Below, one piece after another: positions 24,132-32,000 of a DNA stretch of 32,000 nt. This DNA is from Pyrodictium delaneyi (GTDB lineage: Archaea > Thermoproteota > Thermoprotei_A > Sulfolobales > Pyrodictiaceae), in the NCBI RefSeq assembly GCF_001412615.1, contig NZ_CP013011.1:570001-602000 (forward strand), given 5' to 3'. The notes below the pieces were generated by a model that saw only the letters and a list, made by a program, of their open reading frames with translations, searched no databases and was not told where the DNA came from. Every line of letters starts with the position of its first letter. The first letter of the stretch is position 1. Position numbers and translations under genes: made by a program.

Positions 24132-25043
24132 TTATGATTGATTCAGAGTTATTCCAGCCATGCCTATCATGGCTATGTGTCTCAAGCCGTTGTAGAACCT
24201 TGTTTTCACGCTACGCTTTTGAAGCCTATTGTCTACTTCTTCTATAGATAAGTCCTCTACTCTGAATACATCAGATGCTATTATGAAGCTGTTTGTATAT
24301 GCGAATGACGGCACCCATACAGCGTACTCTTTCACGAACTTAAACACGCTATTCATAGCATTATAGACCTTCTTGAAGGCCTCGGGGAATAGTGTCGAAC
24401 AACCAGCCTGTGTCACGATAACACCTTTATCGTCTAAAACTTTCTTTATTAGCTCAAATGCATCTTTTGAGTAAAGTTGTGCAGCTATTTCCGAACCGTA
24501 AGGATCGGTCAAATCCATTATTATCACGTCGAATTTCTCTCCCTTTTCTGCCGCTTTTCTAACATACTCGAACCCGTCCATTATCATTACTTCGGCGCGC
24601 GGATCTTCAAAGGCACCTTGATGCCACTCTGGTAGGAGCTTCTTAGACACTTCAACAACTTCGCCGTCGATGTCAACCATTACTGCCCTTTCCACAGTGT
24701 TATGACGCAATACATCGCGGAGTGTAGCTCCTTCACCGCCGCCGAGTATTAGAACTCGTCTGGGCTCTGGATGTAGTATCATAGCAGGATGGACAAGTGC
24801 CTCGTGGTATATGTATTCATCGCTTTCAGTGCTCTGGATAAGTCCATCAAGTATAAGCGTCTTACCAAACCCCTTAAGTATGGCTATCATTATGTCCTGG
24901 TACTTTGATTTCGAGTGGTATAGTACATCCTCTACGGAGTAAATAGTACCCATAGGTCCACCGGGCTGATATAGTGATAGGCGAAATGTACCAAGCTCCA
25001 CTGCTGAACCCCAGGCAGCAACGAGAAGAACCCGCTTCCGCAT
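24132..25043 (-). CDS. speE: Polyamine aminopropyltransferase (spermidine synthase family)
   Basis: SKYQDIMI...GKTLILDGLIQSTESDEYIYHEALVHPAM, RVLILGGGEGATLRDVL, VMVDIDGEVV and DVIIMDLTDP are SpeE signatures. Confidence 0.9.
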   Translation of the reverse strand: MRKRVLLVAAWGSAVELGTFRLSLYQPGGPMGTIYSVEDVLYHSKSKYQDIMIAILKGFGKTLILDGLIQSTESDEYIYHEALVHPAMILHPEPRRVLILGGGEGATLRDVLRHNTVERAVMVDIDGEVVEVSKKLLPEWHQGAFEDPRAEVMIMDGFEYVRKAAEKGEKFDVIIMDLTDPYGSEIAAQLYSKDAFELIKKVLDDKGVIVTQAGCSTLFPEAFKKVYNAMNSVFKFVKEYAVWVPSFAYTNSFIIASDVFRVEDLSIEEVDNRLQKRSVKTRFYNGLRHIAMIGMAGITLNQS

Positions 25044-25104
25044 TAATACAGCTCGGCTCTTAGCATCCCGAGGAGACTGGCTGCAATCAATTGCGGTAGG
25101 TAGT

Positions 25105-25160
25105 ATGATGAGGGCCTTTAGGACAGAGCAGGCGGCGATGAAGTAAGTACCCTCGGCTGA
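25105..25160 (+). ncRNA. Candidate C/D-box sRNA (weak)
   Basis: Intergenic 56-nt unit. C box ATGATGA (25105-25111), 12-nt spacer GGGCCTTTAGGA, D'-like CAGA (25124-25127), 8-9 nt linker, C'-like CGATGAA (25136-25142), 13-15 nt spacer, D box CTGA (25157-25160). There is no flanking terminal stem and no clear promoter. Confidence 0.3.
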
Positions 25161-25269
25161 TAAAAGTTGAATATATCATAGTTGCGAGAGATTAACAATA
25201 ACAAGTGTGCTATACAGAAATTAGTATTTATCTCTTGAAAAGATTCCATTCCATACTTGGCTGATTGGC

Positions 25270-26250
25270 TTGGAGTATACTATTCTCGGTAAAACTGGAA
25301 TAAAAATCTCTCGTGTGGGGCTTGGTGCATGGCAGTTTAGTGAAGCCTGGGGGCTCACTGACTATCGTGCTGCTAAGGCTGTTGTTGCTAGGGCTGTGGA
25401 GCTTGGCATAAACTTCTTCGATACTGCAATGGTGTATGGCATGGGGATGAGTGAGGTATTTCTAGGTCGTGCACTCCGCGAGATTGGAGTGAAGAGGGAT
25501 CACATTGTTATCTCAACCAAGATTCCCGGTGAATTTCTCAATCCTATAGACATCTTCCGCTCGGTCGAGAAGAGCCTTCGCAACCTCGGAGTAGATTACA
25601 TCGACGTGTTACTGGCACACTGGCCGCCCTGCTGGCACAACTTCCCAACATGCGAGTATGCCCGGGCAATGGAGCGCTTGGTATTGATGGGTAAGGTGCA
25701 CTACCTGGGGCTGAGTGACTACCCAGTAGAGCTAGTGGAGGCATTCCGCAATTGCCTCTCGAGGATCGACATACAGATTCTCCAGGTACGCTACAACCTC
25801 GTGGAGAGGTGGGCCGAGAGAACACATGTCCCCTACGCTGAGAAATACAATATGACCGTGCAGGCCTGGAGCCCTATAGCCAAAGGTGCCTTGACGGGAA
25901 AATATGAGCCCGGTAAACTAGAGTTCCAGGATGTGCGTAGCCGCGATCCCATCTTCCATCCTGGGAACTATACACAAGTATGGAGTGTTGTACAATTGCT
26001 CCGCGAGATAGGCGAGAAATACGGCAAGAAGCCCGTTCAGGTAGCACTAAACTGGCTCATAACGACAAGCCCCGTTATAGTACCCATACCGGGTGCTAAG
26101 ACACCAGAGCAGGTCGAAGAGCTTGCAGATAGTGTCGGCTGGAGGCTCTCCTACGAAGATTGGAGACGGTTGGACGAGGCAACAAGAAACTTGTCCATAA
26201 GCTACTCAGTAGTGTACGTCGAGAAGGATGTTAAGGTGGAGGAACATTGA
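25270..26250 (+). CDS. Aldo/keto reductase family oxidoreductase
   Basis: MEYTILGKTGIKISRVGLGAWQFS, FFDTAMVYG, DYIDVLLAHWP, VHYLGLSDY and IPGAKTPEQVEE are AKR motifs. The start is TTG. Confidence 0.9.
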   Translation: MEYTILGKTGIKISRVGLGAWQFSEAWGLTDYRAAKAVVARAVELGINFFDTAMVYGMGMSEVFLGRALREIGVKRDHIVISTKIPGEFLNPIDIFRSVEKSLRNLGVDYIDVLLAHWPPCWHNFPTCEYARAMERLVLMGKVHYLGLSDYPVELVEAFRNCLSRIDIQILQVRYNLVERWAERTHVPYAEKYNMTVQAWSPIAKGALTGKYEPGKLEFQDVRSRDPIFHPGNYTQVWSVVQLLREIGEKYGKKPVQVALNWLITTSPVIVPIPGAKTPEQVEELADSVGWRLSYEDWRRLDEATRNLSISYSVVYVEKDVKVEEH

Positions 26251-26593
26251 GAATACACCTAGACGGGCCTCTACGTACAGTTAGGATCTTTTACCTGTCT
26301 CCAAGCACCTCATTGTGGAGCCAACATTCCAGTTAGGGTTGGGGTATCAAACAAAATCGTTAATGCATAAGCAGAAGGAACTCCGAGTCAGAATCTATAA
26401 ACATTCATGGTACTAGGTGACCAGAGACTCGGCGGATCAAGCGATATGGTGCCTTGGATCCTAGCTGTAGCGACACCCAGCGAAACTACCAGTCTAGGTT
26501 ACGTATCATGATGTGATGCGCCGACTCACTAGGTCTATGAGGCAGGATGTTTAGCGTTATTTGCCGCGGAGGTATAGAGAAGGGGTGATTAAA

Positions 26594-26669
26594 TGGAGCC
26601 GCCGGCGGGATTTGAACCCGCGACCACCGGCTTACAAGGCCGGCGCTCTGCCCGCTGAGCTACGGCGGC
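26594..26669 (-). tRNA. tRNA-Thr (anticodon UGU), 76 nt, genomically encoded CCA, no intron
   Basis: Hand-folded cloverleaf of the reverse complement: GCCGCCG-TA-GCTC-AGCGGGCA-GAGC-G-CCGGC-CTTGTAA-GCCGG-TGGTC-GCGGG-TTCAAAT-CCCGC-CGGCGGC-T-CCA. All four stems pair perfectly, and the anticodon loop CUUGUAA gives UGU. Confidence 0.95.
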
Positions 26670-26805
26670 GCGCTTCAGACTCTGCGGCTCCGTGAGGTAC
26701 CTATCCCTGAGGAGCTGGGGTGTTTAACGGTTACGCCTCTGTATGCACCTCCCCTATAAGAGGGTGGCTTGTGTTGTGATTTTCCTCTAGGGTGCCTCCT
26801 AGGCG

Positions 26806-27429
26806 TTGAGCGGGCCTAACCTAGAGGAGCTTGAGGAGTATACTAGCCGCCTCATACCCGTAGAGCCTGGTGGTGTATTCAGGTTCCGCTGTACTAGGTG
26901 TGGGGGATGCTGCAGTGGTGGCCCCAATGTATCGTTGACGGTATTCGATGTTGTTCGTATGGCCCGTTTTCTACGTATTAGCTGGCGTGACTTCCTACGC
27001 GGCTATGTTAAAGTCATCATAGCTGATATTATTCCCCATATGCTTCTCCGCGGGGATGAGCGGGGTCGTTGTCTCTTCCTCGCGGAGAGACACGACGGGG
27101 TTAAGCTATGTGTAGTCTACCCTGCAAGACCTATGCGGTGCCGCCTCTACCCACTACTAGTTGAAGGGCTCATGCCGCGCCGCCTCTATCTTGACCCTAA
27201 GTCACCGGGTGTCGGCCAGGGGCCGGAGAGGAGAACACCATCAAGGCTAGTAGAGCAGTATATCTGGGAGCGGCGTGAACACTATCGAAGAATCAACCGC
27301 CTAGTGGTTGGAGAGGGTTATGAACCCTTAGAGGCTCTCTACCGTGCCCTAGAGGAGGCGTGGCTTGAGGCTGAACATGGTGCGGAATGGGCTGACCTCG
27401 ACCGCCTTGCAGGACTAGGCACGGTTTAG
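26806..27429 (+). CDS. YkgJ-family Cys-cluster protein (CxxCxxCC putative Fe-S/Zn domain)
   Basis: FRCTRCGGCCSG is the signature, followed by the later conserved Cys in RCLFL, LCVVYPARPMRCRLYP. The start is TTG. Confidence 0.75.
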   Translation: MSGPNLEELEEYTSRLIPVEPGGVFRFRCTRCGGCCSGGPNVSLTVFDVVRMARFLRISWRDFLRGYVKVIIADIIPHMLLRGDERGRCLFLAERHDGVKLCVVYPARPMRCRLYPLLVEGLMPRRLYLDPKSPGVGQGPERRTPSRLVEQYIWERREHYRRINRLVVGEGYEPLEALYRALEEAWLEAEHGAEWADLDRLAGLGTV

Positions 27430-27503
27430 CCTCTTGCCTGCTCACGAACGATAAAACTGGCCCTCTGGACATAGTGTAGGTCGCCTAGTGGTGTGGTGCA
27501 GAC

Positions 27504-28238
27504 TTGGCTGACCTAGCATCAGTGCAGCCGAGAAGACGCGTAGAGGCCTACATACTCAACGTAGAGCTTGCTCTCGAAAAGCTCGGGGCAGCTAAGCAAA
27601 ACCTAGACGCTAGAGCTTTGAAGCTAGTTGAGCTAGCTAAGAGGTATGTAGACGACGCACGTTACTATCTCGAAAAGGGTGACGTGTTTACTGCTCTAGC
27701 AGATATAGCTTATGCTGAGGGGCTTATTGATGCGCTACGCTGGTTAGGCCTTGTAGAGTTTGAATGGCAGCCTACTAGCAAGCTCCTTGAACGCCCCAAG
27801 GTTCTCGTAGCAGGTACGTTCGATATACTGCATCCGGGCCATATAGAGCTACTACGGCAAGCGTGGCTTCGTGGCAGGGTGTACGTGGTTGTGGCTAGAG
27901 ACAAGACTGTTCGCAGATTCAAGAACCGCGACCCTATAGTTCCCGAGGAGCAGCGCCTAGAAGTAGTATCAGCGATTCGTTACGTGCATAAGGCGGTGCT
28001 GGGGAGTGAGAAAGATGTACTTGAACCAGTTAGGGCTATCAGACCCGACATAATACTCCTCGGTCCAGACCAGTGGGCTGACGAGAGCTGGCTCCAGGAG
28101 AGGTTGGAACAAGGGGGCATTACTCCACGTATAGAGCGGCTAAGGGAAAAGAAACAATGCAGTCTATGTAGCACAACAAGAATAGCATGCAAGGCAGTTG
28201 ATATAGTAGAGTCGAGTGGTCTCTGCAAAGAAGGCTAA
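27504..28238 (+). CDS. ribL: FAD synthase RibL-type nucleotidyltransferase fused to an N-terminal DUF357 domain
   Basis: VLVAGTFDILHPGHIELLRQA...VVARDKTVRRFKNRDPIVPEEQRLEVVSAIRYVHKAVLGSEKDVLEPVRAIRPDIILLGPDQ closely parallels remembered M. jannaschii RibL. The N-terminal AKRYVDDARYYLEKGDVFTALADIAYAEGLIDALRWLG fits the DUF357 pattern. Confidence 0.83.
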   Translation: MADLASVQPRRRVEAYILNVELALEKLGAAKQNLDARALKLVELAKRYVDDARYYLEKGDVFTALADIAYAEGLIDALRWLGLVEFEWQPTSKLLERPKVLVAGTFDILHPGHIELLRQAWLRGRVYVVVARDKTVRRFKNRDPIVPEEQRLEVVSAIRYVHKAVLGSEKDVLEPVRAIRPDIILLGPDQWADESWLQERLEQGGITPRIERLREKKQCSLCSTTRIACKAVDIVESSGLCKEG

Positions 28239-28263
28239 GAACCTTGCAGCCATAGCAAATGTG

Positions 28264-28890
28264 TTAGTAGCCCTCAGTGTAGAGAGCGTAGATCTTCCGT
28301 AACTCTTCAACTGGGTCTTTCGAATAGTCTACCCTGAGGTCGACCACACGGTCGTAATATGGCGCGTATTCTGTTTGTCCGACCACAATTATGGCTGCAG
28401 ATCTATCACCTCTACGGTCGCCACCAGCCTTATGGCCGGCCTCTATGGCTGCGAGTAGCTTGTCTACAAGCCCGCCCTTGGCAGTTACAAAGGCCCGGAC
28501 AGCTTCCTTACAGACCTCGGGGCCTCGGACGAGGTTAGCTATGCAGACGAGGGGCTCCTGGGGATGTATTATGTAGCCATGCCAGCTCGGAGACCATTCG
28601 CCGTCGTGTACAGCTATGTCGCCTCGATAATCTATTACCGCGACTTGGCGGTGTGCCGGGCTAGGATCTCTAGAAAGAGCTAGACGGAGAGCCTCCTCGG
28701 CGCTAGAGGCCTTAGAGAGAAGTTCGAGTATCATTGGGGCTAGGGCGGGATTCGTGTAGGCCTGGGTGGCTACAACGCCTACTCCATGCCTCCCCCATGG
28801 TACGCGTGACCCTACAGCTATGCTGCCAGATACGACTGCGACACCCGCCTGGCCTAGTAAAGGATCATAAGCTAGAATGCTATAAGTCAA
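28264..28890 (-). CDS. DUF1028 family protein (putative Ntn-hydrolase fold)
   Basis: TYSILAYDPLLGQAGVAVVSGSIAVGSRVPWGRHGVGVVATQAYTNPALAP matches the DUF1028 N-terminus (TFSIVA.D...G..GVAV.S......V.PW....VG.VATQA..NP). The ORF is open from ATG 28902, but TTG 28890 would place the conserved Thr directly after the initiator. Confidence 0.75.
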   Translation of the reverse strand: MTYSILAYDPLLGQAGVAVVSGSIAVGSRVPWGRHGVGVVATQAYTNPALAPMILELLSKASSAEEALRLALSRDPSPAHRQVAVIDYRGDIAVHDGEWSPSWHGYIIHPQEPLVCIANLVRGPEVCKEAVRAFVTAKGGLVDKLLAAIEAGHKAGGDRRGDRSAAIIVVGQTEYAPYYDRVVDLRVDYSKDPVEELRKIYALYTEGY

Positions 28891-29092
28891 GATATAATCC
28901 ACCCATATGGGCGTAACAGTTGACCGGGAGGCCCCGACGTAGAGACTAGGATTAGACGAGCCAATATATGTGGGCTTAGCTGCAGCATTATAGAGAACTA
29001 GGCCTGGCCGCTAACAGACTTTAGAAATGTTTTAGACATGCAATAAGCTTAAACTCATGTCAGACCATGATATGCTATCAGTTCCAGCCGAG

Positions 29093-29299
29093 TTATACTT
29101 GGTAGAGCTGGCGTCTAACTTCTTCCGGTACCTCGTCCTCCTTTAGCACCGGGAAGGTTGCTGGTGGTTCTTTCCTCTTAGGCCCAACTACGACATACTT
29201 GGAGACATCGTCGTCTTTTCTGCTCTTCAGCACACGGACCTTAACGTACCATCCATCGTTGCGGAGCACATAGGCGTATTTGCCGTGCTTCCCGCCCAT
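29093..29299 (-). CDS. Small basic hypothetical protein (68 aa)
   Basis: An isolated ORF with an ATG start in an otherwise unassigned gap. It has a Lys/Arg-rich beta-looking N-terminal half and an acidic tail. No family recognised. Confidence 0.45.
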   Translation of the reverse strand: MGGKHGKYAYVLRNDGWYVKVRVLKSRKDDDVSKYVVVGPKRKEPPATFPVLKEDEVPEEVRRQLYQV

Positions 29300-29398
29300 C
29301 TCTTCCTTGCACCCCGGGTCACAGCTCCAGAGGCCGGCTGGCTATAAGCCTTAGAGTTAGGCTTCCGGAGCTAGACTAGAGTATAGGGGTGAGGAGTA

Positions 29399-30046
29399 GT
29401 GGTTGGTAGGATTAGGGTAGAGGTCCCGGAGATACCGGTGAAGGAGGTAGTAGAACTTCCGGCAGACAAGACAGCCCTAATAATAGTCGATATGCAGAAT
29501 GACTTCGTCAAACCTGGGGGCAAGCTCCGCGTCCCCGATGCAGAGAAGACTGTCCCTGCAATACGTCGCCTGCTAGAGCGGGCCCGCAGCCATCGGGTAA
29601 TGACGATATTCACCAAGGATACCCACTATCCAGGTGATCCAGAGCACCGGATCTGGGGCGAACACGTCTTACGTGGAACATGGGGTTGGGAGATAATAGA
29701 TGAGCTGAAGCCTATAGAAGGTGAAATAGTGGTAGAGAAGACAAGGTACGACGGGTTTTACGGTACACCGCTCGACGATCTTCTAAGGGTCTACGGGATA
29801 GAGCACCTCATCATAGTGGGTACTGTGGCTAATATCTGCGTCCTTCATACAGCTGGTAGTGCCGCGCTGAGATGGTACAAGATATACGTACCAATGGACG
29901 GTATTAGTGCTCTCAACGAGTTCGACTACTATGTAGCACTTCGCCAGATATCATTCCTATACCTGGGAACCATAGTGAAGAGTGTCGACGGCATAAGATT
30001 CGTCGGCGAGGGTCCCTGGCGGCGGGCACGGCAAAGTCAACCGTAA
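29399..30046 (+). CDS. Isochorismatase-family cysteine hydrolase (nicotinamidase/pyrazinamidase-like)
   Basis: ALIIVDMQNDFVKPGG (catalytic Asp), EKTRYDGFYGT (Lys region) and LIIVGTVANICVLHTA (nucleophile Cys). The WGEHVLRGTWGWE stretch resembles the PncA W..HC..GT.G box. The start is GTG. Confidence 0.85.
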   Translation: MVGRIRVEVPEIPVKEVVELPADKTALIIVDMQNDFVKPGGKLRVPDAEKTVPAIRRLLERARSHRVMTIFTKDTHYPGDPEHRIWGEHVLRGTWGWEIIDELKPIEGEIVVEKTRYDGFYGTPLDDLLRVYGIEHLIIVGTVANICVLHTAGSAALRWYKIYVPMDGISALNEFDYYVALRQISFLYLGTIVKSVDGIRFVGEGPWRRARQSQP

Positions 30047-30085
30047 CGATCCTAGAAAGCACCTAGAGGCTTCGCGGAGGTAGAC

Positions 30086-31945
30086 ATGGGGCTGAACAAT
30101 CAACACGACTTCCCCTACACTACACCGAGGAAAGGGCAGCTTGAAGCAGCTAGAAGTGTAGCAGAGGCAGTACAGCGTGGCGAAGTATTCATACTGCATG
30201 CGCCTACAGGGTTTGGCAAGACATCGAGCATCATATATGGGCTCTTGCAAGCTAATGTTGATAGAGTGCTTTACGTTGTGAGGACTAGGAACGAAATACA
30301 GCCCGTGCTGCGCGAGCTAAAACGCTTCAATGCCGAAAAGTATAGCTTCCTATACAGTGCCCGGCGCATGTGCCCCCTACTATCTGGAGAGGATCTTAGC
30401 CACGAAGACTTCTGGGAGACGTGCCGACTCCTACGCCTCCGGGGTGAATGCAGTTATTTCAACATGATATCGGAGATGGAGGCACACAATGCAATAGAGG
30501 TTGTGAGAAGTGTAGACGGGATGCCCCAGAGGGCTGTAAAACTGTTAGCCGTCCAGGGATACTGTCCCTTCTTTGCGCTAAAGCTGGCTGCTTCTGAGGC
30601 ACAGTTCATAGTAGCTACCTACCCGTACCTATTCAGGCCCGACATCTTTCAGGGCACATTTGAGCCGCTCGATTACAGTGACTTTGTAGTAGTCGTAGAC
30701 GAAGCCCACTCACTGTTAAACATAAGCAGTCTACTTGAGGCGAGAATAACACTTGATAATATAAGGCGTTCAATAACCGAGATACAAGAATATGGCCTTC
30801 CAGAGGAAATGGAGAAGGCACTAGTAGCGCTAGGCTCCGAGATTAGCAGAAATAAGCCGATAGGTCAGAAACTACGCAGGATGGACAGACAAAAACTACT
30901 AGAAATACTCGGCGACCCCGAGGCATGGGCTGACGCGGCACAAGACGTGCGGATAGCTAAGATAAAGGAGCGGCTAGAAGAGGGGCAGCCTGTCAAGATT
31001 AGTGTCGCGCTTACCCGTGTAGCCCGTTTTGCAGAACTACTAGCAGTTGAGGGTACCGGGGCTTACACATTTACTAACAATGGGCGTGTGGGTGCTACGG
31101 TTCTCCCACTAGAGCCGTGTCTTGTCACACGAGAACCTCTAAACGAGTCTAAAGCAGCTGTACTGGCAAGTGGCACGCTACCCCCGTCATCGATGCTCCG
31201 GGACCTACTATGCATAAAGAAGAGTGTACGAGTCTATGACGTAGAACTCCTTCATGGTCCCGTATTTCCGCCTCAGAACCAATATGTCATAGTAGCAGCT
31301 GAGCTGACGTCAAAATACACTAGTCGGGGACGCGAAACCTATCAGCTCTATGCACGCTACATACTTGAGACCTACCGAAGTACGGTCAAGGCTGTACTAG
31401 TAGTCTATCCGAGCTACGAATTCATGCATAACATACTACGCAACATACAAGATATAGCAAGGTACGAGAAATTAAACATGATAGTTGAAGATAAGGCTAC
31501 CAGTATAGAAGATGTAGTAGAGGAAATACAGAGACGTAGTCGACATATGCTTGTCAACGCTGTGGCCGGCGGAAAACTCACAGAAGGCATAGAAATAGTA
31601 GACGAGAATGGCAGAAGCCTAATTGGAGTAGTATTCATAGCTGGTGTACCGTATCCGCAGCCAGACGACTACCTTCAAGATCAATATCATGCTCTCCAGC
31701 AGCGCCTCGGAGAGAAAAATACCCGCAAACTGCTCTTAGACTATACAGCAGCCGTAAGAGCTAGGCAGGCTATAGGAAGAGCACGGAGAAGTACTGAAGA
31801 TCGCGCAATAATAGTGCTCGGAGATAGCAGGTTCACGAGGAGGGTTCTTCGCGACTATCTAAGGATAAAGATAGACAAAATAGCATTCAATTTTGAGGAA
31901 TATAGTAGTGTTCTTAGAAGCGCTGCAGAGGCTCTCGGTGTCTAG
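30086..31945 (+). CDS. xpd: XPD/Rad3-family 5'-3' DNA helicase with 4Fe-4S domain
   Basis: FPYTTPRKGQLEAA...ILHAPTGFGKTS (Q motif and Walker A). Four Fe-S Cys: RMCPLL, ETCRLL, GECSYF, GYCPFF. DEAH box VVVDEAHSL. C-terminal motifs GKLTEGIE and QAIGRARRS. Confidence 0.87.
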   Translation: MGLNNQHDFPYTTPRKGQLEAARSVAEAVQRGEVFILHAPTGFGKTSSIIYGLLQANVDRVLYVVRTRNEIQPVLRELKRFNAEKYSFLYSARRMCPLLSGEDLSHEDFWETCRLLRLRGECSYFNMISEMEAHNAIEVVRSVDGMPQRAVKLLAVQGYCPFFALKLAASEAQFIVATYPYLFRPDIFQGTFEPLDYSDFVVVVDEAHSLLNISSLLEARITLDNIRRSITEIQEYGLPEEMEKALVALGSEISRNKPIGQKLRRMDRQKLLEILGDPEAWADAAQDVRIAKIKERLEEGQPVKISVALTRVARFAELLAVEGTGAYTFTNNGRVGATVLPLEPCLVTREPLNESKAAVLASGTLPPSSMLRDLLCIKKSVRVYDVELLHGPVFPPQNQYVIVAAELTSKYTSRGRETYQLYARYILETYRSTVKAVLVVYPSYEFMHNILRNIQDIARYEKLNMIVEDKATSIEDVVEEIQRRSRHMLVNAVAGGKLTEGIEIVDENGRSLIGVVFIAGVPYPQPDDYLQDQYHALQQRLGEKNTRKLLLDYTAAVRARQAIGRARRSTEDRAIIVLGDSRFTRRVLRDYLRIKIDKIAFNFEEYSSVLRSAAEALGV

Positions 31946-32000
31946 AATTCTCTGGGCAATACTGCACGAGACTTAAAACCGAGCCGAGTAAAGGAGTTGT

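Noticed and set aside
26251-26593. Possibility that the ORF-free tract encodes SRP RNA or RNase P RNA, or is a replication origin. One TTCCAGTTAGGGTTGGGGT stretch vaguely resembles an ORB element with a G-string.
   Set aside because: G+C of about 48% is far below what structured RNAs show in hyperthermophiles, compared with the adjacent all-GC-stem tRNA. Only one degenerate ORB-like match was found, with no inverted partner, no clear AT-rich unwinding element, and no orc1/cdc6 or whiP gene nearby.
29399-31945. The isochorismatase-family hydrolase plus helicase pair considered as a possible defence or NAD-depletion module
   Set aside because: The helicase has all XPD/Rad3 repair-helicase hallmarks (4-Cys Fe-S domain, DEAH box). 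The hydrolase looks like an ordinary nicotinamidase. There are no nuclease, sensor or effector domains, and the window ends immediately afterwards.
1-32000. Scan for CRISPR arrays, IS elements or transposases, integrases, rRNA genes and long direct repeats
   Set aside because: None was seen by eye. No regularly spaced 24-37 bp repeats, no terminal inverted repeats flanking an ORF, and no recombinase-like ORF in the six-frame track. A computational repeat search could still find short dispersed repeats that I missed.

Overview
The window looks like a core chromosomal segment of a hyperthermophilic crenarchaeon, probably Desulfurococcales-like. This placement is inferred from an aKMT-type lysine methyltransferase, an EndA catalytic subunit, a TFB with the CPP..C N-terminus, RpoP, class I LysRS, frequent GTG/TTG starts, and a tRNA with all-GC stems in DNA of about 50% G+C. 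Coding density is high and most genes are housekeeping. I recognise: three aminoacyl-tRNA synthetases (aspS truncated at the 5' edge, glyS, class I lysK); aIF1/SUI1, TFB and RpoP; deoxyhypusine synthase, agmatinase and spermidine synthase; tRNA-splicing endonuclease; a three-gene siroheme-dependent heme cluster (two radical-SAM/SPASM enzymes flanking a fused AhbA/B-type decarboxylase); UbiX next to a UbiE-like methyltransferase; RibL-type FAD synthase fused to DUF357; an XPD/Rad3 helicase; an aldo/keto reductase; a nicotinamidase-like hydrolase; DUF1028; a YkgJ Cys-cluster protein; one tRNA-Thr(UGU); and several unassigned proteins. I found no rRNA, CRISPR array, integrase, transposase or recognisable defence island, and no convincing novel multi-gene system. 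The leads most worth following are: a MiaB-like radical SAM/TRAM enzyme whose SAM-cluster motif is stretched to CX24CX2C; a ferritin-like gene split by a frameshift at a T6 run inside a low-GC patch; a LysK with non-canonical HIGH/KMSKS-equivalent motifs; an 8-Cys RGG protein downstream of endA; a very low-GC UbiE-like gene overlapping ubiX; a tandem palindromic operator-like element; and two weak C/D-box sRNA candidates. All homology calls rest on remembered family motifs, since no searches were possible.
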